Part shown: positions 1-12,700 of the stretch, in pieces
How the letters are laid out: every line of letters begins with the position of its first letter
How positions within the stretch are numbered: the first letter of the stretch is position 1
Source of the DNA: Eledone cirrhosa
Taxonomy: Eukaryota
DNA length: 64,000 bases
Reading direction: 5' to 3'
NCBI GenBank assembly: GCA_964016885.1
Contig: OZ024740.1
Span: 187,550,001 to 187,614,000, forward strand
The notes under the pieces: generated by a model
What the model saw: the letters and a program-made list of their open reading frames with translations, nothing else
Database searches by the model: none
What the model was told of the DNA's origin: nothing
Translations under genes and position numbers: made by a program

Positions 1-898
1 CATAGTTGTGTGTGTTGCTATTATTGTTATCATGGTGGTTGTTGTTGTTTCTATCCTTAGCATTAATATTATTATTGTTATGATTGCTAGATGTATTGTT
101 GTTTACTTCACCGTTATTGTTGTTGTTACTGCTATTTCTACCATTGTGGTTGTTACTATTATTATGTTTCTTGTTTTTGTTGATGTTGCTACATGTACTA
201 TTTCCATTATTACCACTGTGGTTATTGTTGTTGTTGTTGTTCGTATTGTTACCGTTATTACTACTGTGGTCACTGTTGCTGTGTCTGTGGTTAACGTTTC
301 TATTATTATTATTATTGTGGTTGTTGTTGTTCTGTCTATCGCTAGTATTATTACCATTATCACTATTTCTCACTTTCCTGCCATTGTTATGGTTATGGCT
401 GTTATTTCTATACCCAGAGTTATTGTTTATATTACTACTACCGTTATTATTGTTGTTGTTGTTTACCTTTGCATTCCAACGTATTTTTGTGAAACACTTT
501 TCCAGCTCCGTTTTGCATTCCATAGGATTAATCTTTTTGTAGATGGCAAATTTTGGTGGTAACTTTAGGATTTGTTGTTCTTGTTCACTGATTAAAGTGT
601 TCCCATAGATATTTACTGTGTGGTCATTGGTAAATTCTTCCGGTAGTTTTACATCACTCATACGGATGTTGTCGATGTTATCTGGGTATTTTTGAGAATA
701 TTCGATTTTCCTTTCTTGTAGTTTTTTCTTATTCATCCATTCTAATTTCTTCTTGAAATGCCTACAGCATTCGTTTTGAGCATATTTCGTTTCGCGTCGG
801 ATGACGCTCATGAAGTCATCTCTCTCGTTTGCTGTGATGAGATTTCGGATTTCCTTACCGTTGATGCGTTTTTGTCTGTAGAGTGCGTTGACTTTTGT

Positions 899-1817
899 CA
901 ATGGAAATGTATCATATGTAAGGTGAACCCCCGGATAAACTGTAAAACTAGAAACGTAGTCTATAGCATAAGATGTACAGAGGGTACTTGCAGAAACACG
1001 ACAACAACATACATAGGTGAGACAGCTCGTAGCATAGGTGAAAGGATAGACCAACACTGGGGGGAACTAAAAGGACGAAAAAACGGGTCAGTACTATACG
1101 AACATGCTAGACAACATCATGACGGTAACATAGACAACATAGAAATTAGAATAATATCTAAACATAGGAATGACCCAGCAGATAGGCAAATCAGAGAGGC
1201 CAGTGAAATAGAAATTAGAAGACCAAAGCTAAACAGAAAGAATGAGTGGAACAACAACAACACCCAAACAAACAACACTGACCTAAGAGAAGTATAAATA
1301 AATAAGTAAATTAAATTAAATAAAATAAGATAAATAAATACATACACAAGCACATAAACACACACCAGTCACCCAGCAGACACAACACTATCCACACTAG
1401 TCACACATCACACATAACACTATACACACACGCAAACGCATGCGCAAAGAAGACAAAATAAAATAAGATAAACAAACAAGCAAATAAATAAATAAATATA
1501 TAGACAGACTGAACAAAAAAATGGCGTAGACATACAACACAACAGGAGGAACAATGAATATAACACCACTGACGATGTTGCAGATGTGCAACGAAAGATT
1601 TATGTAAACTATATATATATGTGTTTGTCTATATTGTATCTGTATTATTTTTGACCGCCGGTCAGTCAATGGCAACATTGAGGACCGAGTAAGTTAGATC
1701 GCAGATATATATATATAAAAGACAGCGAGAAGCGAAAACCAACCAAACAGTGAGTGTGTTCTGTTATTAATTCTGGCAATATTACGCAAATATGACCCTC
1801 CCCAAATATAACAATAT
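899..1817 (+). repeat. Upstream pseudo-LTR (copy of 5022-5948)
   Basis: Differs from the 3' copy only by a 1-bp deletion at the junction, absence of a 6-bp GAAATA duplication and a 1-bp shorter A-run. Confidence 0.95.
1557..1614 (+). ncRNA. Minimal type I hammerhead ribozyme in PLE pseudo-LTR
   Basis: CUGACGA (1569-1575), stem II GUUGCA-gaug-UGCAAC, GAAA, near-palindromic AGAUUU, UUA site. Stem I is short and interrupted. Confidence 0.7.
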
Positions 1818-4800
1818 CTGTTTCGACACACGATTTCATATAAAAAACCTCGCAAAACTAATTCATCGCCGCTATGGCATTAGCTTGTGCCAAGCTGAAA
1901 GGTTATTGAAAGACACTGTTTTCTGTTATATAAAAACTACAATAACAACAGAACAAATCCGCTTCTTAAAACACTGTGTTTCCTCCAAAACATACACAAC
2001 AAACATATCAAAACAAGTAAATAATTTATTATTGAACAAAACACAAGCTGAACGGCTAAAACACACAATAACAGTTAATATGAAAAGAACAACATACACA
2101 AAAGTCAACGCACTCTACAGACAAAAACGCATCAACGGTAAGGAAATCCGAAATCTCATCACAGCAAACGAGAGAGATGACTTCATGAGCGTCATCCGAC
2201 GCGAAACGAAATATGCTCAAAACGAATGCTGTAGGCATTTCAAGAAGAAATTAGAATGGATGAATAAGAAAAAACTACAAGAAAGGAAAATCGAATATTC
2301 TCAAAAATACCCAGATAACATCGACAACATCCGTATGAGTGATGTAAAACTACCGGAAGAATTTACCAATGACCACACAGTAAATATCTATGGGAACACT
2401 TTAATCAGTGAACAAGAACAACAAATCCTAAAGTTACCACCAAAATTTGCCATCTACAAAAAGATTAATCCTATGGAATGCAAAACGGAGCTGGAAAAGT
2501 GTTTCACAAAAATACGTTGGAATGCAAAGGTAAACAACAACAACAATAATAACGGTAGTAGTAATATAAACAATAACTCTGGGTATAGAAATAACAGCCA
2601 TAACCATAACAATGGCAGGAAAGTGAGAAATAGTGATAATGGTAATAATACTAGCGATAGACAGAACAACAACAACCACAATAATAATAATAATAGAAAC
2701 GTTAACCACAGACACAGCAACAGTGACCACAGTAGTAATAACGGTAACAATACGAACAACAACAACAACAATAACCACAGTGGTAATAATGGAAATAGTA
2801 CATGTAGCAACATCAACAAAAACAAGAAACATAATAATAGTAACAACCACAATGGTAGAAATAGCAGTAACAACAACAATAACGGTGAAGTAAACAACAA
2901 TACATCTAGCAATCATAACAATAATAATATTAATGCTAAGGATAGAAACAACAACAACCACCATGATAACAATAATAGCAACACACACAACTATGACGAT
3001 AGAAATAACGACAACCCCTTAGAGAAACTATTTTTCAACCCAGCTGACAAAACATATAAGATGGGTAATATCTATCCTACGAGGTTACCCTTTAATAAAA
3101 GAGTTTGCATACCACAACAAATAGATGACGAGACGGAGGCACAGTTCACCATAGCTAGAAATAAGATTAGACAAGTAGTAGACAGGTACACTATGAGACA
3201 GAGCAGACCAGAGGCCCAACAACTTGGGATAAAACCTGTAGAAGGCTTGGTTAGCCTCAAGCAGCGCACAAGGGATGGTGAGGTAGTGTGTCTACCCACA
3301 GATAAGTCTGGTAGGATGTCAATAGATAGCATGCCGAACTACATCGAGGCAATGCAACCCCACATCACCAACACGAGCGAAGTTGCACAACTAACACACG
3401 ATGGGAGAGAAAAAATCCTCAACGCTCACATGATGATGTGGACTGACATCCTAAAGCCAAGCAGACGCACTGCCAACAACTTCCAGGCGTCTAACAATGG
3501 CATACCACCCTTGTATGGGCTCCGCAAAGACCACAAGACAGTCGACGACCCGACAATAGGACCACCAACAAGACCTGTATGCGGAGCTAATATAGCTAGC
3601 AACTACAGGATCTCCTACTTCCTCTCAATGGTTATACGCCCCATAATCAAGATGTCCCCAGATGTATGTGAAAGTACAGAGGACCTCCTCAGCAGAATCA
3701 GTGAGTGCAACAAAAACAGGAGCCTATCCAACTGCATAATAGGCAGCATGGATGTGGTGTCACTGTACCCATCCATTAACATTGATTTTGCTGTGAAAAG
3801 ATGCGTGGAGTTGATCATTGAGAGTGAGGTGGAGTTCTGCGACGTCGACACAGACGAACTGGGCCTCCTACTTAGACTTACCTACGACACTGACTACCTA
3901 GACAGCCATGACCTTAGATGTTTCTGCCCTAGTAGACCTATAAGAGGTAGACCCCCCACCATAACCTCAATGGCTAAAAAGACTCCCATAGGAAGGTGGA
4001 TTGGGTGGACCAAAGCTATACGGACCCCCCAAAACACTGATCAGGTAAGAAAAATGGTCGCACATGCAATAGGGGCTAGTATCAAAACTACCCTAAAGGG
4101 CCACATATTTAAGTTCAATGAGAAAATCTACACCCAAAATGAGGGAGCAGCCATCGGCGTCAGCATAGCTGGCGATGTTGCCAACCTTTTCATGGTATGG
4201 TGGGAAAGGAGACTTAAAGATCTCCTTAATGAAAGCTCCATAGACCTCATCATGTACTCTCGTTATGTAGACGATATCAATATAGTTATAAGAACACCCC
4301 CACTAGAGAGCACTAACAAGTTTGATTTAGAACGTAGCACGATGGAAAGCATCCAGCAGATAGCTAATTCCATACACCAGAGTATAACTGTAACTATAGA
4401 CTTCCCTTCCAAACACCCTAACAATAGACTACCTGTATTAGACACAGAACTCTGGATTAACACTATAGACGAGAGAGCCCAAATTCTCCACTCACACTAT
4501 GCTAAACCCATGGCCTCCAAATACCTGATACTCAAAAACTCAGCAATGTCCAGTAGTGCTAAGTTTAATATTCTGATCGCAGATTTGGTACGAGTGATGA
4601 AGAATGTGTCCAGCATGTGCGACCCAACAGAAATGGAAGGACACATCCAACACTTCATCAACCGCATGCAGTTCTCTGGCTACAACCAAAGAGACAGAGT
4701 CAGAGTATACGAAGGAGCCATGGAAAAGTATAAGACCCTCATAGAACTGGACATGAAAGGAATTTGCCCACTATACAGGAGCAAATCATGGAATAGCTTA

Positions 4801-5427
4801 GATAGGGCTAGACATAAGATAGGGAAGGCCACATCATGGTACGACAACCAGAGATATCAGAGTGTCATGTTTGTGGACGCCACCCCTGGAGGGAAATTAG
4901 CTAACCAGTGTAGAAAGGCCCTGAGAAAGACCCACTTAAAAATAAAGGTGGTAGAAAAGCCAGGAACCACCATAAAATCCCTGATCAGCAAAACCTACCC
5001 TTTTAAGAAAACCCACTGTACCAATAGGAAATGTATCATATGTAAGGTGAACCCCCGGATAAACTGTAAAACTAGAAACGTAGTCTATAGCATAAGATGT
5101 ACAGAGGGTACTTGCAGAAACACGACAACAACATACATAGGTGAGACAGCTCGTAGCATAGGTGAAAGGATAGACCAACACTGGGGGGAACTAAAAGGAC
5201 GAAAAAACGGGTCAGTACTATACGAACATGCTAGACAACATCATGACGGTAACATAGACAACATAGAAATTAGAATAATATCTAAACATAGGAATGACCC
5301 AGCAGATAGGCAAATCAGAGAGGCCAGTGAAATAGAAATAGAAATTAGAAGACCAAAGCTAAACAGAAAGAATGAGTGGAACAACAACAACACCCAAACA
5401 AACAACACTGACCTAAGAGAAGTATAA
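1792..5427 (+). CDS. PLE polyprotein: N-terminal region with long Asn-rich insert, reverse transcriptase, Cys-rich linker, GIY-YIG endonuclease (1211 aa)
   Basis: RT motifs GLRKDHK, TRPVC, GSMDVVSLYPSI, QNEGAAIG, YSRYVDD, LPVLD. Linker CTNRKCIIC..C. GIY-YIG NVVYSIRC..YIGETARSIGERIDQH..RQIREA..LN. Uninterrupted ORF. Confidence 0.95.
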   Translation: MTLPKYNNICFDTRFHIKNLAKLIHRRYGISLCQAERLLKDTVFCYIKTTITTEQIRFLKHCVSSKTYTTNISKQVNNLLLNKTQAERLKHTITVNMKRTTYTKVNALYRQKRINGKEIRNLITANERDDFMSVIRRETKYAQNECCRHFKKKLEWMNKKKLQERKIEYSQKYPDNIDNIRMSDVKLPEEFTNDHTVNIYGNTLISEQEQQILKLPPKFAIYKKINPMECKTELEKCFTKIRWNAKVNNNNNNNGSSNINNNSGYRNNSHNHNNGRKVRNSDNGNNTSDRQNNNNHNNNNNRNVNHRHSNSDHSSNNGNNTNNNNNNNHSGNNGNSTCSNINKNKKHNNSNNHNGRNSSNNNNNGEVNNNTSSNHNNNNINAKDRNNNNHHDNNNSNTHNYDDRNNDNPLEKLFFNPADKTYKMGNIYPTRLPFNKRVCIPQQIDDETEAQFTIARNKIRQVVDRYTMRQSRPEAQQLGIKPVEGLVSLKQRTRDGEVVCLPTDKSGRMSIDSMPNYIEAMQPHITNTSEVAQLTHDGREKILNAHMMMWTDILKPSRRTANNFQASNNGIPPLYGLRKDHKTVDDPTIGPPTRPVCGANIASNYRISYFLSMVIRPIIKMSPDVCESTEDLLSRISECNKNRSLSNCIIGSMDVVSLYPSINIDFAVKRCVELIIESEVEFCDVDTDELGLLLRLTYDTDYLDSHDLRCFCPSRPIRGRPPTITSMAKKTPIGRWIGWTKAIRTPQNTDQVRKMVAHAIGASIKTTLKGHIFKFNEKIYTQNEGAAIGVSIAGDVANLFMVWWERRLKDLLNESSIDLIMYSRYVDDINIVIRTPPLESTNKFDLERSTMESIQQIANSIHQSITVTIDFPSKHPNNRLPVLDTELWINTIDERAQILHSHYAKPMASKYLILKNSAMSSSAKFNILIADLVRVMKNVSSMCDPTEMEGHIQHFINRMQFSGYNQRDRVRVYEGAMEKYKTLIELDMKGICPLYRSKSWNSLDRARHKIGKATSWYDNQRYQSVMFVDATPGGKLANQCRKALRKTHLKIKVVEKPGTTIKSLISKTYPFKKTHCTNRKCIICKVNPRINCKTRNVVYSIRCTEGTCRNTTTTYIGETARSIGERIDQHWGELKGRKNGSVLYEHARQHHDGNIDNIEIRIISKHRNDPADRQIREASEIEIEIRRPKLNRKNEWNNNNTQTNNTDLREV

Positions 5428-5687
5428 ATAAATAAGTAAATTAAATTAAATAAAATAAGATAAATAAATACATACACAAGCACATAAACACACACCAGTC
5501 ACCCAGCAGACACAACACTATCCACACTAGTCACACATCACACATAACACTATACACACACGCAAACGCATGCGCAAAGAAGACAAAATAAAATAAGATA
5601 AACAAACAAGCAAATAAATAAATAAATATATAGACAGACTGAACAAAAAAAATGGCGTAGACATACAACACAACAGGAGGAACAATG

Positions 5688-5745
5688 AATATAACACCAC
5701 TGACGATGTTGCAGATGTGCAACGAAAGATTTATGTAAACTATAT
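5688..5745 (+). ncRNA. Minimal type I hammerhead ribozyme (second pseudo-LTR copy)
   Basis: Identical to 1557-1614; CUGACGA at 5700-5706. Confidence 0.7.
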
Positions 5746-5948
5746 ATATATGTGTTTGTCTATATTGTATCTGTATTATTTTTGACCGCCGGTCAGTCAA
5801 TGGCAACATTGAGGACCGAGTAAGTTAGATCGCAGATATATATATATAAAAGACAGCGAGAAGCGAAAACCAACCAAACAGTGAGTGTGTTCTGTTATTA
5901 ATTCTGGCAATATTACGCAAATATGACCCTCCCCAAATATAACAATAT

Positions 5949-6667
<719 letters not shown>

Positions 6668-6857
6668 GATAATTTAATATATCAACTAACATAAGCGCAC
6701 AGATGCACGCCCATGCCAGCAAATACACAGGTTATGTCATAGTACCTAGGTGGTTCAATGCAGGAGAATGCAGAACAATAATATAAAGGACGTAAAATAA
6801 AAAAATATATTTTTTTAAAAAAAATTTAAAAAAAATTTTTTTCTTACTTAAATTTTC

Positions 6858-6939
6858 ACTCCAACTAATTAGTTTCTGCAATGGGATAAAGACAGTTACG
6901 TAATTCAACTGTCGAGAATTCATTGCGTCATCAGGAAGT
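6858..6939 (-). ncRNA. Type I hammerhead ribozyme, unit 1
   Basis: Minus strand: ACUUC-CUGAUGA-c-GCAAUG..GACAGUU..AACUGUC..CAUUGC-a-GAAA-CUAAUUAG-UU|GGAGU. 5-bp stem I, extended stem II, palindromic stem III ACUAAUUAGU, GUU site. Confidence 0.88.
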
Positions 6940-7417
6940 CTATTCTCAGTTAAGTCTCCAGGCAATGCGCGGACACTGGCGGCTCATATAAAAATAATAA
7001 TAATTCGGTAGATCGAACAGCTTGCGAGGACTGAATTCTATGTACCGAGATTCTCACTGCTTCAAGTCAAATGGCCGATTCTAAAGAATCAATCACGTGA
7101 CACAGAGGCTAGTTAGAAGGAATGGGATGGTAAGATGACTGACGCCTACTAACACCCCAAAAAAAATTTTTTTAGAAGTGGTTTTGACAAGTTTGCTCGA
7201 CAAATCAGTGATTTGGAGATAAATATAGATAATTTAATATATCAACTAACATAAGCGCACAGATGCACGCCCATGCCAGCAAATACACAGGTTATGTCAT
7301 AGTACCTAGGTGGTTCAATGCAGGAGAATGCAGAACAATAATATAAAGGACGTAAAATAAAAAAATATATTTTTTTAAAAAAAATTTAAAAAAAATTTTT
7401 TTCTTACTTAAATTTTC

Positions 7418-7499
7418 ACTCCAACTAATTAGTTTCTGCAATGGGATAAAGACAGTTACGTAATTCAACTGTCGAGAATTCATTGCGTCATCAGGAAGT
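7418..7499 (-). ncRNA. Type I hammerhead ribozyme, unit 2
   Basis: Identical to 6858-6939, shifted 560 bp. Confidence 0.88.
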
Positions 7500-7977
7500 C
7501 TATTCTCAGTTAAGTCTCCAGGCAATGCGCGGACACTGGCGGCTCATATAAAAATAATAATAATTCGGTAGATCGAACAGCTTGCGAGGACTGAATTCTA
7601 TGTACCGAGATTCTCACTGCTTCAAGTCAAATGGCCGATTCTAAAGAATCAATCACGTGACACAGAGGCTAGTTAGAAGGAATGGGATGGTAAGATGACT
7701 GACGCCTACTAACACCCCAAAAAAAATTTTTTTAGAAGTGGTTTTGACAAGTTTGCTCGACAAATCAGTGATTTGGAGATAAATATAGATAATTTAATAT
7801 ATCAACTAACATAAGCGCACAGATGCACGCCCATGCCAGCAAATACACAGGTTATGTCATAGTACCTAGGTGGTTCAATGCAGGAGAATGCAGAACAATA
7901 ATATAAAGGACGTAAAATAAAAAAATATATTTTTTTAAAAAAAATTTAAAAAAAATTTTTTTCTTACTTAAATTTTC

Positions 7978-8059
7978 ACTCCAACTAATTAGTTTCTGCA
8001 ATGGGATAAAGACAGTTACGTAATTCAACTGTCGAGAATTCATTGCGTCATCAGGAAGT
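7978..8059 (-). ncRNA. Type I hammerhead ribozyme, unit 3
   Basis: Identical to 6858-6939, shifted 1120 bp. Confidence 0.88.
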
Positions 8060-8356
8060 CTATTCTCAGTTAAGTCTCCAGGCAATGCGCGGACACTGGC
8101 GGCTCATATAAAAATAATAATAATTCGGTAGATCGAACAGCTTGCGAGGACTGAATTCTATGTACCGAGATTCTCACTGCTTCAAGTCAAATGGCCGATT
8201 CTAAAGAATCAATCACGTGACACAGAGGCTAGTTAGAAGGAATGGGATGGTAAGATGACTGACGCCTACTAACACCCCAAAAAAAATTTTTTTAGAAGTG
8301 GTTTTGACAAGTTTGCTCGACAAATCAGTGATTTGGAGATAAATATAGATAATTTA

Positions 8357-8362
8357 TATATG

Positions 8363-8407
<45 letters not shown>

Positions 8408-8466
8408 GTATATATATATATGTATATATATATATATGTATGTATATATATGTATATATATATATG

Positions 8467-8497
<31 letters not shown>

Positions 8498-8568
8498 GTA
8501 TGTATATATATGTATATATAGATATGTATATATATATATGTATGTATATATATGTATATATATATATG

Positions 8569-8613
<45 letters not shown>

Positions 8614-8650
8614 GTATATATATATATGTATGTATATATATATATGTATG

Positions 8651-8681
<31 letters not shown>

Positions 8682-8798
8682 GTATATATATATATGTATG
8701 TATATATATATATATGTATGTATATATATATGTATATATATATATTTATATATGTATATATATATATTTATATATGTATATATATATATTTATATATG

Positions 8799-8831
<33 letters not shown>

Positions 8832-8832
8832 G

Positions 8833-8887
<55 letters not shown>

Positions 8888-9048
8888 TTATATATGTATA
8901 TATATATTTTTATATATGTATATATATATATTTATATGTATATATATATATTTATATATATATATATATATGTATATATTTATATATGTATATATATATA
9001 TTTATATATGTATATATATATATATTTATATATATATTTATATATGTA

Positions 9049-9123
<75 letters not shown>

Positions 9124-9146
9124 GTATATATATATATGTATATATA
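8357..9146. repeat. (TA)n/(TATG) microsatellite
   Basis: Direct inspection. Confidence 0.97.
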
Positions 9147-9319
9147 TAGTACTGTTTCATTCAGATGAAATCTTCAGTAAGCATTCTTCCTGAAGATTTC
9201 ATCTGAATGAAACAGTACTAGTCCTGTAGAAGCTCCTTCTATAAAATAAAAAAATTTTACTCTGCCATGTATTGAGTACCTTACTTACTGTGCTTATCCC
9301 CGACTCAACCCGGGACCTA
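9147..9319 (+). mobile_element. Tiny PLE/retrozyme 3'-end remnant with 31-bp inverted 5' arm
   Basis: 9147-9177 is the exact reverse complement of 9190-9220 (12-nt spacer). Contains an HHR followed by a ~90 nt tail. Embedded in TA tracts. Confidence 0.75.
9186..9232 (+). ncRNA. Type I hammerhead ribozyme
   Basis: CUUC-CUGAAGA-u-UUC-aucu-GAA-u-GAAA-CAG-uacuaguc-CUG-UA|GAAG. The stem III loop contains the palindrome ACUAGU. Confidence 0.75.
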
Positions 9320-9488
9320 TGTATATATATATATATACATATATATATACATATATATATACATATATATATATATGTATATATATATATGTATATATAT
9401 ATGTATATATATATGTATATATATATGTATATGTATATATATATATGTATATATATATATGTATATGTATATATATATATGTATATAC

Positions 9489-9522
<34 letters not shown>

Positions 9523-9542
9523 GTATATATATATGTATATAC

Positions 9543-9574
<32 letters not shown>

Positions 9575-9587
9575 GTATATATATATG

Positions 9588-9673
<86 letters not shown>

Positions 9674-9677
9674 CATG

Positions 9678-9708
<31 letters not shown>

Positions 9709-9764
9709 GTATATATATATGTATATATATGTATATATATATATGTATATATATATGTATATAT
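9320..9764. repeat. (TA)n/(TATG) microsatellite
   Basis: Direct inspection. Confidence 0.97.
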
Positions 9765-12700
9765 CCTCAAACAAGGAATCCACAAATCTGCCGTTTTTCC
9801 CTGCGAGACAGATTGTGTTTAGACCGGGATTGTCCCTTTACCCATCTCCCGGGGACCCGTCGGACAAATGAAAATAAAATTAAAAATAAAAGCAAAAACA
9901 AAAACATAACCTACATAAAAATAACCACTACCACAGTCACCAACAGTCTTCTAAACAGGAAACTTCTTCCTCTTTTTTAGCCATAATGAATCTGGCAAAA
10001 GAACTGGAAAAAAACATTCGAGCTATCACCCAGCACCACCTTCCACTATCACCCCACTGCACAAACTGCCATTGCTGCCATTAACAAACAAACAAATTAA
10101 CAACACACCAAAACAATTAAAACCATCCACTCTCGCCTCTACATTTTTGCTTAACGCCCAAGGCATCAGCCCTTCCACCAATACTCAAAAATGGAAGATC
10201 AAATTCCTGGAGGACTGGATTGATGTCCATCCAAACCACATCCCTTTCTTCGTCCTCACTGAAACCCATCTCAGTAACCTCCACTTGGAAGCCGAGGTGA
10301 AAGTGAAAAATTAAAAGCCATCCGTGCTGATCGCGCTGGCAGAAGAAAGGGCGGAACTGCCATTTATGTCCATAATTCTTTCTCAACAGAGGCTATGAAC
10401 ATATTCACTAATGGATACTGTGAAGCAGTCACTGTATTCAGTCAAACCAACAACCTATTAGTAGTTGGGCTCTATAGGCCACCCCAAACGCCTGTACCAT
10501 GCTTCAAGGAATGCCTCAACAGAGTGTCACCCTGACAACATCTTAATGATGGGGGACTTCAACCTCCCCGGAGTTGACTGGTCCACAAACAGCCTGCCAC
10601 CAGGTTCTTCTGCCTCAACCTCTGACAGGGAAGCTGTGGAATCGCTTCTTGACTTCATGGATGATTTCTTCCTATCCCAACTGGTGCTCGAACCAACGAG
10701 GTGCCACAAAAACGTCCTAGACTTAATTTTCAGCAATCACACTGACAATATCCACAATATTGCAGTGGAGAAAACTCTACTCACTGATCATGACATGGTT
10801 CTCTGTGATCTGAGATTCCACCGTCCAATATACAAACCCAATGTCATCTCTCCTGTCCATCCGTTTGACGCTATGGATTTCCACAATGCAAACTGGGAAG
10901 CGATCAGTCATGATCTTGCACATGTCGACTGGTCCTTCACGCACACTCATACACCCACTAACATCAAAAAGTCCTGGCAGACATTTGTGGACACTGTTAC
11001 AAACATATGTGCTAAACACACCCCATTAAGAACTATAAACAAATCTAAGAGCAGAATCCCTAGAAATAGAAAAACGCTCATCAGAAAAATTAAGAGAACG
11101 AACAAAAAAATCAACAAGCTGAAATACTGTCAGCAGCAACACATCAACTTGACTGCCATTTCATCACTAGAGATTAAAAAACATAACCTCCAAAACAACA
11201 TAATGTCCCTCATCAACAATCAGAGAAGAGCTGAAGAGGCCTGGGCCATTGAGAAGATCAAACTCAATCCCAAAGTGTTCTTTTCATTTGCAAAAAAACA
11301 CAAAATCACTGGCTCTACTGTTGGCCCTCTAATTGATGAAAATGGCACTCTTCAAGACAATGCTAAAACCATGGGTGAGATACTGCAAAAACAATACTGC
11401 TCTGTTTTCAGCAATCCTGATATGGCCGATCTGGGCTGTATCGGCGATGTTACTCCCCATTACACCTTATCGGACATAACGTTTGGCGCCCCTGATGTCT
11501 TGGCGGCAATCAAGGAAATCAAGCATAATTCAGCAGTAGGTCCCGATAGGTTCCCTGCTTGTGTCTTGAAGGCGTGTCAACACCAACTTGCATCTCCTCT
11601 TGCCAATCTGTGGCGGAACTCACTGGATGCTGGATATGTGCCAGAAAACCTTCTATCCCAGTCTGTTGTCCCAGTTTTCAAAAAGGGAAACAAATCCCTT
11701 GCCGTGAATTACCGTCCAATCTCACTCACCTCTCATATCATTAAGGTATTTGAGCGAGTGGTGAGATCGCGAATGACCCACTTCCTTGAGAGTAACAATA
11801 TGCTGAACTCCAGCCAGCATGGATTCCGTAATGGAAGGGATTGCCTGACGCAGCTACTGCATCACTTTGATGACATTTTGAGAGCCTTGGGAGAGGGTTC
11901 CAACACTGATGTTATCTACCTTGATTTCAGCAAGGCCTTTGACAGGGTTGATCATAACATTCTACTGAGAAAGCTGTCCAATATTGGTGTCACTGGAAAG
12001 CTGCTGCAGTGGATCAAGAGCTTCCTGTCAAACAGAACCCAACATGTTGTAGTTGAGGGAGTCAAATCAAGCCCAGCCAAAGTCAGTAGTGGGGTCCCAC
12101 AAGGCACTGTGTTGGGCCCACTTCTCTTCATCATCTATATTAATGACATCACTGACATCATCAAACACAGCAACATTAAAATTTTCGCTGATGATTCCAA
12201 GCTCCAAAAGGTCATCAATGGCGTGGATGACCGGATAAGCCTTCAGTCAGACCTACTGGCTGTTACCCAATGGGCAGAAAAGAACAACATGTTACTGAAC
12301 GAAGACAAATTTGAACTGATCCACTTTGGAAAAGAGGATGCTCTGAAACTCCCGTACTCCCTTCCCTCCGGGGAAACTCTCGTGGCATCTAACAACATCA
12401 GAGACTTGGGAGTAACCGTGGACAGCAATATAAGCTGGACCACGCATATAAGCAGCAAAGTTGACATGGCCCGCAGAATGTGTTCCTGGATCCTCAGAAC
12501 CTTCCAGTCGAGAGATTCCCGCACCATCCTTCTCTTCTCTACTTTCGCCCGACCACACCTTGAATACTGTTGTCCACTGTGGTCTCCCCACACGAAACAA
12601 AGTATCATGAAACTTGAAGCTCCTCAAAGGGCAATCACGAAAAAGATAGATGGCATGTCAGACCTTGACTACTGGGGTCGATTAGAAAACCTGAAACTTT

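Larger units (their letters stand above)
1..5948 (+). mobile_element. Penelope-like retroelement (probably Neptune-type): inverted 5' arm + pseudo-LTR + ORF + pseudo-LTR, ending in (TA)n
   Basis: 1-898 is the reverse complement of 2098-2995 and runs off the window edge. 899-1817 is a near-identical direct copy of 5022-5948. Single RT + GIY-YIG ORF between them. This is the classic PLE partial-tandem plus inversion architecture. Confidence 0.95.

Noticed and set aside
8-562. Hydrophobic Val/Ile/Leu-rich ORFs (also 2434-2988) resembling membrane proteins
   Set aside because: Antisense readings of the AAC/AAT Asn-rich PLE tract.
758-1297. 179-aa ORF with GIY-YIG domain
   Set aside because: Chance fusion across the inversion junction at 898/899 with the duplicated PLE 3' end; not an independent gene.
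6732-8085. 77-aa ORF repeated in each 560-bp unit
   Set aside because: Non-ATG start, runs through the ribozyme and A/T homopolymers, no motifs. 560 is not a multiple of 3, so there is no simple in-frame rolling ORF.
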